Under the pieces are notes generated by a model that worked only from the letters and a program-made list of their open reading frames with translations, ran no database searches and was not told the DNA's origin. From contig CP070784.1 of assembly GCA_020346605.1 (NCBI GenBank), positions 2,008,105 through 2,072,104 on the forward strand: a stretch of 64,000 nucleotides of DNA, given 5' to 3'. Source of the stretch: Candidatus Bathyarchaeota archaeon. GTDB lineage: Archaea; Thermoproteota; Bathyarchaeia; TCS64. Made by a program: the position numbers and the translations under genes. Below, one piece after another: positions 19,194 to 27,822 of the stretch; within the stretch, counting starts at the first letter, position 1; each line of letters starts with the position of its first letter.

Positions 19194-19571
19194 ATGAGCG
19201 CCCTCGGTCTGCTCCTCAGGATAGTCTTTGTGACGATAGTGACCTCTTCGTCCCTCTGGATCGCAGGGAGGATGATCGTGGGTGCCGACAAGGCAAAGTT
19301 CTCCGACGCCTTCTGGATTGTCGCCCTTGGGATCGTCGTGGAGTCGCTGGTGAGGTCCTTCGTCACCGGGTTCATCGCGCCCCTGGTGCAGCTTGTGGTC
19401 TGGCTCTACTTGGTAAGGCACTACTTCGACACTGGCTGGGGATCGGCCCTCTTCATCTCAATTCTGGCCAGCGTCGTCTTCATACTGGCGACGATAGGGC
19501 TGGCGGTGCTGCTGAGCGTACTTGGTCTTACCTTCCTCAGCGCACCAAGCCCGACTCCCTTTATCTTTTAA
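19194..19571 (+). CDS. small membrane protein, unknown function
   Basis: 125 aa with four hydrophobic segments. AT-rich TTGTTAAATTGAAATA lies upstream. No family recognised. Confidence 0.5.
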   Translation: MSALGLLLRIVFVTIVTSSSLWIAGRMIVGADKAKFSDAFWIVALGIVVESLVRSFVTGFIAPLVQLVVWLYLVRHYFDTGWGSALFISILASVVFILATIGLAVLLSVLGLTFLSAPSPTPFIF

Positions 19572-19604
19572 ATAAAGATAATGTGATAGTCGTCACGAGG
19601 GAAA

Positions 19605-20849
19605 ATGAGGAACCTAACGAAGAAAGACGTCCTCGACTACATGCTCGCCTGTACGACGCTCTCGACTGGCGGCGGAGGCGTGGCCCCCTCCCTCGAGACG
19701 GTAGAGAAGCTCGTGGACGAGACCTTGGACGCAGGTTACGAGCTGAAGCTCATCGGCCTCGACGAGGTGCCCGACGATGCGGTCGTCTTCTCGGCCTGCG
19801 GGACTGGCGGTGACATCAGGTCCGAGATGAAGGAGAAGTGGACCGGCTTCCCCAGGATGAGGCTGACCAGGGACAGGAGGTACGCCGTGGACTACTCGGC
19901 TAGGCTGACCGAGATAATCCACCAGGCCGACAGGGAGTGGTGTCCACTTAACACCTGGTCGGAGCTGCCGGGCCCGGGCTTCTCGGCAGAAGCGGCGAGG
20001 AGGCTCACCGAGATCGTCGGCGCCGAGCCCTACTCCGAGATCCAGTTCGAGGTCGCCCCGGAGTTCTACAGGCTGATCTGCAGGCTCGCCAGCGAGGGAA
20101 AGCCCTACATAGACGCCACCGTTGCCGGTCACAGAGCCGCACCTGAGATCTCCCAGAATGGCCTCAACCTCGCCAACGTCCCCCCTACACCATCGGTCTA
20201 CGCGACACGCCTAGGAGACCTCCTCGTTCTGGAGAAGACCCTCTGCTTCCAGAGGATGGAGGAGATCGTCGAGGGGATCTCAACCTACTCCGGCGGAGGC
20301 TGCAGGGGGGTCCACGCCGTGGCGGGATCGGACCTGAAGAGAGCGGCCTTCCCCGGCGCCCCATCCCTGACTATGAAGGTCGGGAAAGCCATCAGGGGAG
20401 CGCTGAAGTCGGGGAAGCCCCCAGTGGACGCGATGATCGGGGTCCTAGGCCCGATCGGCTACAGGCTGTTCGAGGGAGAGATCTCCGACTACTGGCAGGA
20501 GGGGAAGTACAGCTTCATCTGGGGGACAGCCAAGATTAGGGGCACAGGCGCCTTCGCCAGCCACGACATGAAGATCTGGTACAAGAACGAGCACCACATA
20601 TCCTGGCTCGATGGGGAGCCCTACGTCACCAGCCCGGACGGGATCAACGTCGTCGACGTCGAGACGGGGTGGGGGCTCGCCAACTTCTGGCCCGCCGAGT
20701 GGGAGGCAGGGAGGAGAGTCGCCGTCGTCGGCGTGAAGGCCGAGGACCGTTGGGAGACCCCGATGGGCCTCAAGCTCTTCGGACCGCAACACTTCCGGTT
20801 CGACATACCACACGTACCCATCGACAAGGCGTATAAGAGCTTCGACTAA
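19605..20849 (+). CDS. DUF917-like protein
   Basis: 414 aa. The N-terminal glycine loop LSTGGGGVAPS and the length fit DUF917. Assignment is from motif memory only. Confidence 0.6.
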   Translation: MRNLTKKDVLDYMLACTTLSTGGGGVAPSLETVEKLVDETLDAGYELKLIGLDEVPDDAVVFSACGTGGDIRSEMKEKWTGFPRMRLTRDRRYAVDYSARLTEIIHQADREWCPLNTWSELPGPGFSAEAARRLTEIVGAEPYSEIQFEVAPEFYRLICRLASEGKPYIDATVAGHRAAPEISQNGLNLANVPPTPSVYATRLGDLLVLEKTLCFQRMEEIVEGISTYSGGGCRGVHAVAGSDLKRAAFPGAPSLTMKVGKAIRGALKSGKPPVDAMIGVLGPIGYRLFEGEISDYWQEGKYSFIWGTAKIRGTGAFASHDMKIWYKNEHHISWLDGEPYVTSPDGINVVDVETGWGLANFWPAEWEAGRRVAVVGVKAEDRWETPMGLKLFGPQHFRFDIPHVPIDKAYKSFD

Positions 20850-20852
20850 CCT

Positions 20853-20864
20853 CTTTTTTCTTTA
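20853..20864 (+). terminator. oligo-T tract
   Basis: CTTTTTTCTTTA immediately after the DUF917 stop codon. Confidence 0.4.
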
Positions 20865-20924
20865 AACTGAATCTGCCCCAGCAAACCCTTTTACCGATTG
20901 CACAACACAGGGGACAAGATAGCC

Positions 20925-22109
20925 ATGCCCCGACAGGATTATGGAAGGCTTGCAAGAAGCTACTGGGAGAGCCCCATTGTTAAGGAGGTCTTCAGGGAGC
21001 TTGAGGCGATCAAGCCCGAGATCATCGAGGAGTGGAAGAGGATCGCCCGCATCTACGCGCCCTCAGGGAAGGAGAAGCCCCGGGCCGAGTACCTGACAGG
21101 GAAGTTCCGCGAGTACGGCATAGAGAACGCCCACATAGACGGTCACGGCAACGCCGTCGCCCTCATCGAGAAGGGCGAAGGGCCCACCGTGGCGTTCCTG
21201 GCCACAATGGACGACCTCGCCACCGTGGCGGACCTCGTGAAGATGTGGGACGGGCCCATCGAGGAGAGGGACGGTAGGCTGATGGGACCGGGGACCAACA
21301 TCGGCTCCATCTGCGCAGCCGGGCTGGCCCTGGCCAGGCTATTCACCCTCCCAGAGGTGGACTTCGATGGCAGGATCTACTTTGTAGGCGTCACCCAGGA
21401 GGAAACCGGGCTCGCTGGCACCAAGGGCTTCATCGGAGATCACCCTGGGGAGCTGGACTATCTCGTCGACATGATGGGCGGCGCAGGCAGGATGAGCTAC
21501 GGTGCCCTGGGCATCCACTGGTTCAAGGTCCACTATAAGGGGCCACGAGCCCACACCTTGCGGGGTCCCGGGCCGAACGTGACAAAGGGCGTCGCCAAGT
21601 CGGTGACCCGGATATTCTCCATGGAGTTGCCGCAGGAATCGTTCCTGAACATATCGATGCTGGGGGCGGGCAAGGTCTACAACCACAGGAGCGATGACGG
21701 ATGGCACTCGGTGGACCTCAGGTCCGTGGACAACGACGCCTTGAAGGCTGTGAAGGACGAGATACTGGGGATCGCCGAGGAGACGGCCAAGGAGGAGGGG
21801 CTGGAGTGGTGGATCGAGCCTTTCTCAGAGACGCCGGCCGGCCAGATCCCCAGGGCGAGGGAGTCGAAGCTGGTTAGGGTGGCCGAGGAGGTGACGAGGC
21901 TGATGGGGATCGAGCCCTCGCTGAGCAACAGGGGGTCCTGCAACATGAACGCAGGCGTCGCCGTCGGTATCTCGACGATCAGTACCGGTGGTGACAGGGG
22001 TGGGGGCAGGGACTCGCAGGAGGAGTACGCCAACATCGAGCCGGCGATGGCAGGGATAAGGTTGAACTTCCTCATAGGCTACATACTGACATCGGGGAAG
22101 CTGAGATAG
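20925..22109 (+). CDS. M20-family peptidase-like protein (ArgE/DapE/peptidase T fold), atypical metal motifs
   Basis: 394 aa from ATG 20925. Layout PSGKEKPRAEYL...GHGNAVALIEKGEGPTVAFLATMDDL...QEETGLAGTKG is M20-like, but the usual H-x-D reads T-M-D. Confidence 0.7.
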   Translation: MPRQDYGRLARSYWESPIVKEVFRELEAIKPEIIEEWKRIARIYAPSGKEKPRAEYLTGKFREYGIENAHIDGHGNAVALIEKGEGPTVAFLATMDDLATVADLVKMWDGPIEERDGRLMGPGTNIGSICAAGLALARLFTLPEVDFDGRIYFVGVTQEETGLAGTKGFIGDHPGELDYLVDMMGGAGRMSYGALGIHWFKVHYKGPRAHTLRGPGPNVTKGVAKSVTRIFSMELPQESFLNISMLGAGKVYNHRSDDGWHSVDLRSVDNDALKAVKDEILGIAEETAKEEGLEWWIEPFSETPAGQIPRARESKLVRVAEEVTRLMGIEPSLSNRGSCNMNAGVAVGISTISTGGDRGGGRDSQEEYANIEPAMAGIRLNFLIGYILTSGKLR

Positions 22110-22123
22110 AGAGGGTCCGATAG

Positions 22124-23143
22124 ATGGTAGCCATAACCCACGAAAGTTCGATGGCGGTCTACAACCGCCTACTGAGGTACCCGCCTGAGGGACCACTCGT
22201 CCCTAGCAAACCTTCTCGACCAGATGCCTACGCCTTTAACGGCAAAAGCGTGGTTGCGCTGGTCCGCTGCGGGAACAGGATCAAGGGCATCAAGGAAGCC
22301 ATCAGTCTCATGGGTGGGCTGGAACCCCTCGTCGAGGGAGTCGACGGCGAGATACTGATAAAGCCGAACTGCAACACAGACGACCCCTACCCTAGGGACA
22401 CCCACCCGGAGACCGTGAGGACCGTCGTCGAGGCCCTCATCAGAGCCGGCTTCCGGGCCGACAAGATTGTCCTCGGGGAGACGTCGGGCCGGGCCAGGGG
22501 GCTGCCTACACGCCACACCTTAGAGAACATCGGGATGAAGGCGGTCGTCGACAACCTGGGTCTGCAGGTTGCCTGCTTCGAGGAGGAGGAGTGGGCGACG
22601 GTCAAGCCCCCTGGGAGCTCATACTGGCCCGATGGCATCAAGATACCCAGGAAGGTTTACGAGGCCGAGAGGGTGATCCTGGCGCCCATCATGAGGCCGC
22701 ACAGCACTGCCACTTTCACGATATCCATGAAGCTGGCGGTGGGAATGCTGGACTCAGTGGGCCGGGAGTGGCTCCACGACGGGGAGGACCACCACGAGAA
22801 GCTCGTCGAGCTCAACCTCGCCTACTCCGCTGACCTCATCGTCGCCGACGCCACACAGATCATCACTGGCTACAGCCCCTCGGTCGTGGCGGAGCCCAGA
22901 GTCATCGTCGCCGGTAGCAACAGAGTCGCCACGGACGCTGTCTGCGTGGCCCTCATGAAGCTTCATGGAGCGGATCGTGTGTCAGACAGACCGGTGCTGG
23001 AGCACGGGCAGTTCACCTTCGCTAGAGGACTAGGACTAGGATCTCCACTCCTCGCGGACATCGATCTGCGAACATCCGATTTGGTCGGAGACAGTAGATT
23101 CGAGTCTCTGGCCTCAGGCATCGAGGAGGAGCTTCGGGGCTAA
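22124..23143 (+). CDS. DUF362-domain protein
   Basis: 339 aa with ILIKPNCNTDDPYPRDTHPE and GSNRVATDAVCVALM motifs typical of DUF362. Confidence 0.65.
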   Translation: MVAITHESSMAVYNRLLRYPPEGPLVPSKPSRPDAYAFNGKSVVALVRCGNRIKGIKEAISLMGGLEPLVEGVDGEILIKPNCNTDDPYPRDTHPETVRTVVEALIRAGFRADKIVLGETSGRARGLPTRHTLENIGMKAVVDNLGLQVACFEEEEWATVKPPGSSYWPDGIKIPRKVYEAERVILAPIMRPHSTATFTISMKLAVGMLDSVGREWLHDGEDHHEKLVELNLAYSADLIVADATQIITGYSPSVVAEPRVIVAGSNRVATDAVCVALMKLHGADRVSDRPVLEHGQFTFARGLGLGSPLLADIDLRTSDLVGDSRFESLASGIEEELRG

Positions 23144-23149
23144 CAGCCT

Positions 23150-24145
23150 CTAATCGAACCTCAGCTCCTTCCAGCCCCCGTCGGGGGTCTGGTAACGTGC
23201 GCTCTTCGGGAACTCGTAGGGCTTGTAGACCACCCTGGTCAGCTTCCCCCTGAGCCTCGAAGCCGTCGCCTCCCATCCGTCCCTCTCAAGGTCCTCCGCG
23301 AGCTGCCGGGTGCTCAGCCGCTGCCCCGTGACGCCACCCCCGTCCTGAAGCGCCACGAAGGCCCAAGCATCCCTGAAGGCCTCCACCATGGAGTCTTCAT
23401 CGGCGTACCTGGCCCTCACCTCCTCGGGCATCCCATCGGCCTCGTCCTGGGTCAGAGACGTGGGCTTGAGGGCCTTCCCCGGCGGTGCTGCGACTCCCAG
23501 AGTGTTCACAGCGATGTTGTGCTGCTTCAGCTCCAGAGCCAGACACTGGGTCAACCCTTCGAGACCGTACTTCGACGGGCAATACGCCGTCTCCGCCACG
23601 AACCCCTTCACGGCCGAGGCCGAGGTTACGTTGACGATGCTCCCTCCTCCTTGTTCCCTCATGGCGCCCATGAACCCCTTCGCCAGTAGGAACGGGGCCC
23701 TGAGGTTGACGGCGATAGTTCTGTCCCAGTCATCAACGGTCATCTCATCCAGAGTCTTCCAGGAACTCATCGCCGCATTGTTGAAGAGGGCGTCCAGCCT
23801 CCCGAAGGTCTCCAACACCTCACCCACGAGGCCGCGAATCTCTCTTACATAGGATAGGTCCGTAGGAACGGTGAGCACCTCGCCACCCCTCGCATTGATG
23901 ATGTCCTCCGTCTGCTCCAACTCGGAGAGCGTGCGGGCGACCGAGACCACCCTGGCCCCCTCGAGAGCGTAGGCCAGAGCCACCGAGCGCCCGAAGCCCC
24001 TTCCAGAGCCCGTTACGAGAGTCACCTTTCCGTCAAGCCTCTTCAATCCAGAACCCGATCGAACGAGTCCCTCCGAGGCTTTAATCCTTCCCCAAGGCCC
24101 GGGAAAAATCCTTAACCACATGAGACGATTACAGTTCTGACTCAT
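23150..24145 (-). CDS. SDR-family oxidoreductase with C-terminal extension
   Basis: VTLVTGSGRGFGRSVA (TGxxxGxG) and YCPSK (YxxxK). The start is probably internal: TTG 24046 gives MKRLDGKVTLVTG, and ATG 24121 is also possible. The ORF-track start at 24145 abuts the divergent gene's ATG at 24147. Confidence 0.8.
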   Translation of the reverse strand: MSQNCNRLMWLRIFPGPWGRIKASEGLVRSGSGLKRLDGKVTLVTGSGRGFGRSVALAYALEGARVVSVARTLSELEQTEDIINARGGEVLTVPTDLSYVREIRGLVGEVLETFGRLDALFNNAAMSSWKTLDEMTVDDWDRTIAVNLRAPFLLAKGFMGAMREQGGGSIVNVTSASAVKGFVAETAYCPSKYGLEGLTQCLALELKQHNIAVNTLGVAAPPGKALKPTSLTQDEADGMPEEVRARYADEDSMVEAFRDAWAFVALQDGGGVTGQRLSTRQLAEDLERDGWEATASRLRGKLTRVVYKPYEFPKSARYQTPDGGWKELRFD

Positions 24146-24146
24146 T

Positions 24147-25133
24147 ATGTCTGAATTTCTGAAGGTTCAGAACCTCGAGGCTTCAAGGGGGGAGAAGAAG
24201 CAGGGATATCTGAGGATCTCGGAGAAGCCCGCTGGACCCCACATGATTCCGATCACTCTGGTCAACGGCGATGGGGACGGCCCCACTGTAGTCATCAACG
24301 GCGGGGAGCATGGCTCCGAGTACAACGGCCCCGCCGCCACGCTCACCGTGATGAAGGAGCTGGACCCCGGGGAGCTCAGTGGCAGGGTGATCATTGCCCC
24401 AGTGGTGAACACCCTTGCCTTCGAGGCCCGCTGGATGCACGGAAACCCCATTGACTACAGGGACATGACCGGCTGCTACGTCGAGGAAATCCCCAGGGGA
24501 GGCTCGGGAGTTCCCAAGATCAGCTACCAGGTTGCCACCACCTTCTACAAGGAGGTGCTCAGCCAGGGCGACTACAGGCTCAACCTCCACGGCGGGGACC
24601 TGGAGGAGGACCTGCTCACAGGCACCATGTACAGGAGGACCGAGGACGAGAAGAGATCCGACGAGAACCTCGCCCTCTGCCGCGCCTTCGGCTACGACTG
24701 GATCAGGGAGAGCCTACCGAGGCCGGGGGCGCCAGCGCGCCGCAGGCTGGAGTTCCCGATGACGGTGGGTACCGAGGCCGGGGGTATGGGGCGCTGCATG
24801 AGCGACATCGTCGAGGGCGTCGTCAAAGGCATCTACAATGTGCTGAAGCACTTGGGGATGCTGGACGGCGAGCCAGAGATCCCCAGCAGGGCGAGGGTCT
24901 ACCACCCATACCACCTCTACGCAGAGCACGGGGGCTTCTTCATCTCCAACGTGATGGCGGGGGATATGGTGGAGGAGGGAGACGTCGTTGGAATAATAAA
25001 GGACCTCTGGGGGAACACCCTTGAGGAGATCGCAGTCCCCACGGACGGCGTGATCCACATGGTCACCAGCCCAGCGATCTGGGAGGGGGACGTCGTCTAC
25101 GAGATCGGCAAGGACATCAGGGAGATCGAGTAA
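24147..25133 (+). CDS. succinylglutamate desuccinylase/aspartoacylase (AstE/AspA, M14-like) family protein
   Basis: 328 aa with the Zn motif H-x-x-E (GGEHGSEYNG) and a downstream LNLHGGD. Confidence 0.8.
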   Translation: MSEFLKVQNLEASRGEKKQGYLRISEKPAGPHMIPITLVNGDGDGPTVVINGGEHGSEYNGPAATLTVMKELDPGELSGRVIIAPVVNTLAFEARWMHGNPIDYRDMTGCYVEEIPRGGSGVPKISYQVATTFYKEVLSQGDYRLNLHGGDLEEDLLTGTMYRRTEDEKRSDENLALCRAFGYDWIRESLPRPGAPARRRLEFPMTVGTEAGGMGRCMSDIVEGVVKGIYNVLKHLGMLDGEPEIPSRARVYHPYHLYAEHGGFFISNVMAGDMVEEGDVVGIIKDLWGNTLEEIAVPTDGVIHMVTSPAIWEGDVVYEIGKDIREIE

Positions 25134-25134
25134 G

Positions 25135-26142
25135 ATGGGCGGTTTCAAGCCTCTCGATGTCAAGCCCGGGGAGAAGACCTTCGGCTACGTGAAGGTGGTC
25201 GACAACCTCGCCGTGGCGTTCGACATGCCCGTGGGTGTGGTGAACGGCGCGGAGGGGGGTCCGACGCTGATGGTGACAGGCGGCTTGTACCCGACGGAGT
25301 ACTGCGGCGTTGAGGCGGCTTCACGGCTCTATAAGGCAGTGGAACCCAGGGATCTCAGGGGAAGGTTCATCGTCGTGCCCGTGGTGAATATGTCGGTTTT
25401 CAGGTTTAGGACACCGTGGCTCAACCTCAGGTCCTCCATAAGCCCCTTCGACGGCGGCAACATCAATAACAGCTTCCCCGGGAACCCGGAGGGCAGGCCC
25501 ACGAGGAGGCTGGCCCACGCCCTCTTCAAGTTGGTGAGGGAGACAGATTACCACGTCGACTTCAGGGGAGGGGACCTCCCGGAGTCACATCTAGATCACA
25601 CCATCTACCTGAGGGTCGGGGAGCCCATCGATGAGACCTCCGAGACCATGGCGAAGGTCTTTGGACTGCCGTATGTCCTCCCCGGGACCCCTGAGATTGG
25701 GCACACCAGCCCAGGCACCCTTATCTACGAGGCCGTGACCGCCGGAGTCGCCTCCATAATTAGCGAGGCCGGCTTGGGCTACAGGACGCAGCCGCTGGAG
25801 GAGTTCGTGATGGCTCACGTCGACGGCACGCTGAACCTGCTCAAGCATTTCGGGATGCTGGAAGGGGAGCCCTCGAGGCCGAGGGACCAGAGGTTCTTGG
25901 ACATGGAGTGGCAGGGGGTCACGGCGCCGGTCGCCGGAGTCTTCCAAGCGCTGGCCGACCACGGCGACATCCCGGAGGAGGGCCAGCTCATCGGCAGGAT
26001 CACAGACCTCGACGGCTCCACGCTTAGCGAGCTGCACTCCCCCATCAATGGCGTGGTGCACACGATGTACGTGAGGCGCGTCGTCTACCCTGGAGACAGG
26101 CTCTTCACGCTCCTGAGGATAGATGAGCCCACTGGCTGGTGA
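25135..26142 (+). CDS. AstE/AspA-family paralogue lacking the His ligands
   Basis: 335 aa, colinear with the preceding gene, but the motifs read GGLYPTEYCG and VDFRGGD (H to Y and H to R). The start is 2 nt after the upstream stop. Confidence 0.75.
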   Translation: MGGFKPLDVKPGEKTFGYVKVVDNLAVAFDMPVGVVNGAEGGPTLMVTGGLYPTEYCGVEAASRLYKAVEPRDLRGRFIVVPVVNMSVFRFRTPWLNLRSSISPFDGGNINNSFPGNPEGRPTRRLAHALFKLVRETDYHVDFRGGDLPESHLDHTIYLRVGEPIDETSETMAKVFGLPYVLPGTPEIGHTSPGTLIYEAVTAGVASIISEAGLGYRTQPLEEFVMAHVDGTLNLLKHFGMLEGEPSRPRDQRFLDMEWQGVTAPVAGVFQALADHGDIPEEGQLIGRITDLDGSTLSELHSPINGVVHTMYVRRVVYPGDRLFTLLRIDEPTGW

Positions 26143-26240
26143 GGACTCCCTCCCTTCATCTTTTCACGCGGAGCCCGTGAGAACGCCGACCGGGAGCCTC
26201 CAATATATATAGGATCTCCAGCATCATTGTTGGAAAACCC

Positions 26241-26250
26241 TTATACCTTA
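26241..26250 (+). promoter_or_regulatory. TATA-like box for the DinB paralogue
   Basis: TTATACCTTA centred about 29 nt upstream of ATG 26274, a leaderless geometry mirrored at the other DinB gene. Confidence 0.4.
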
Positions 26251-26273
26251 TTGATTCCTTGCAATCCTTGCTC

Positions 26274-26738
26274 ATGTCTGAGAAAGTAAAGACGATTAAG
26301 GCCTTCGCGGAGGTCGGATTCAGCCGTCTTGATAGAGCAACCAAGGACCTGACTGAGGAGCAACTGGACTGGAAGTCCTGCTCTGAGGCCAACACTATAC
26401 GATGGATCATGACGCACATCAACAGCGAGCTGTACACCTTCATACCCAAGATACTGAAGGCCGACAAGGAGTATACGCCTGAGGGCTGGCCCTCGGACTA
26501 CATCGGCAACGAGAGCTACTCCCTTGAGAAGATCATGAAGGACTACGTAGAGGGGAAGGAGAAGGTACTAGAAAAACTGGGCAAGGTCACTGAGGAGACC
26601 CTGGCCAAGGAGATGGACTGGTTTTACGGTAAGGTACCTGTGGAGAACTACCTGATGCTGGCAGTTTCCGAGATACTGCACCACGAAGGGCAGATCGCAG
26701 CCATCCTCGGCGTCGAGAAACGGATGAAGGGTACATAG
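26274..26738 (+). CDS. DinB-family protein (YfiT/DinB_2-like)
   Basis: 154 aa from ATG 26274 with EEQLDWKS...TIRWIMTHI and C-terminal ILHHEGQIA. Paralogue of 4703..5161. Confidence 0.75.
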   Translation: MSEKVKTIKAFAEVGFSRLDRATKDLTEEQLDWKSCSEANTIRWIMTHINSELYTFIPKILKADKEYTPEGWPSDYIGNESYSLEKIMKDYVEGKEKVLEKLGKVTEETLAKEMDWFYGKVPVENYLMLAVSEILHHEGQIAAILGVEKRMKGT

Positions 26739-26750
26739 GCACCAATAAAA

Positions 26751-26771
26751 TTCCTTTTTTTCTTTTTTATT
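26751..26771 (+). terminator. oligo-T terminator between convergent genes
   Basis: TTCCTTTTTTTCTTTTTTATT, 13 nt after the DinB stop. Confidence 0.5.
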
Positions 26772-26833
26772 GAGACAATGTCAAGTCGTGTGGCTTATTG
26801 AAGTTGAGGTTCCCCAACAATCGACGAGTTTCT

Positions 26834-27808
26834 CTAGGAAGGCAGTTCTATTTCAATCCCCGTTACTTCCTCGAATCGATCTGAAAAGTTCGTCTGAATC
26901 CTTGGGTGGCTCAACGCCATATGGCCCCGCCTCCCCTCCAGTATCCCCCAGAAACACCGGTGGGCCTCGTAGTACTCGACATTTTCGCTGGCTAAGGGGT
27001 TTTTCAGCTGGTAGAGGTTGAAGTATCGGTCGGTGAATTCGTGGAAATCCACGTCCAGATCGGGGAGGAGGGGGGGCGCAGCCTGGGCGCAGATCACCTT
27101 TGTACATGCCACGTCGTACGCCGCGTCCCAGACCCTGAACCCCGGCCAGTCCAGCACGCCACTCACCCGGTCGCCCTCCATTAGGATATTCAGGGGATGG
27201 AAGTCGCCGTGGCAGATGACAGGGTCAACCGGATCTGGTAGGATGTTGTCCCAGAGCCATCGGAATCCCCCGTCCAGCCAGTCGAAGCCACGATCGTCGA
27301 TCAGCCTCCTGACCCTGCTGAGCGTGCGATCCCGGGAGTAGGTGGGACTCGTGATCCCCATGGATTCCAGCTTCCTGACGAGGGGGTTCGGGTCGATGCG
27401 GTGCAGTGAAACGTGCGCCTCTGCCAGGGCCTCGGGCAGGTTCTCCTTCATCTCCAGCATGGGGACCCCGGGCATGCGCTCCATGACCATGAACACGCCT
27501 CCGAGGAAAACCGTGTCGGTGCACGTGAGGTGGACGCGGGGGGCAGGATAGCCCTCATCGGTGACAGCGTTCTGGACAGAGGCCTCGAAGAGGCACTGAG
27601 AGGGCGGTGTCTTCTCACTGTAAAGGCGCAGTATGAGGGGCCCTGACAACTCCTCCGTAGCACCGGTCAACTGGAATCCGTAGATCGATGTCTCATATCC
27701 TCCGGTGATGGGAGATGGCCTAGCTGAGTAAGCGAGGCCCGGGTCTTGGAACTCTTTCCTGAGGTAGGCCAGAAGTTTCTCCGGGATTCCGCCTAACACC
27801 TCATCCAT
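26834..27808 (-). CDS. phosphotransferase-family kinase (APH/choline-kinase fold)
   Basis: 324 aa with catalytic-loop motif ICHGDFHPLNIL and metal-binding VLDWPGFRVWD. Confidence 0.8.
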   Translation of the reverse strand: MDEVLGGIPEKLLAYLRKEFQDPGLAYSARPSPITGGYETSIYGFQLTGATEELSGPLILRLYSEKTPPSQCLFEASVQNAVTDEGYPAPRVHLTCTDTVFLGGVFMVMERMPGVPMLEMKENLPEALAEAHVSLHRIDPNPLVRKLESMGITSPTYSRDRTLSRVRRLIDDRGFDWLDGGFRWLWDNILPDPVDPVICHGDFHPLNILMEGDRVSGVLDWPGFRVWDAAYDVACTKVICAQAAPPLLPDLDVDFHEFTDRYFNLYQLKNPLASENVEYYEAHRCFWGILEGRRGHMALSHPRIQTNFSDRFEEVTGIEIELPS

Positions 27809-27822
27809 CCTCTCCTCACCGG

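Noticed and set aside
24046-24147. Back-to-back start codons of the SDR (-, 24145) and AstE-like (+, 24147) genes, suggesting overlapping divergent promoters.
   Set aside because: This is more likely an artefact of taking the longest ORF. The SDR Rossmann motif begins about 40 residues in, and an in-frame TTG at 24046 (MKRLDGKVTLVTG) or ATG at 24121 gives a normal N-terminus and leaves room for promoters.
26156-26467. 103-aa minus-strand ORF overlapping the start of the second DinB gene.
   Set aside because: It overlaps a gene with clear family motifs and a matching paralogue, has no motif of its own, and would leave no promoter.
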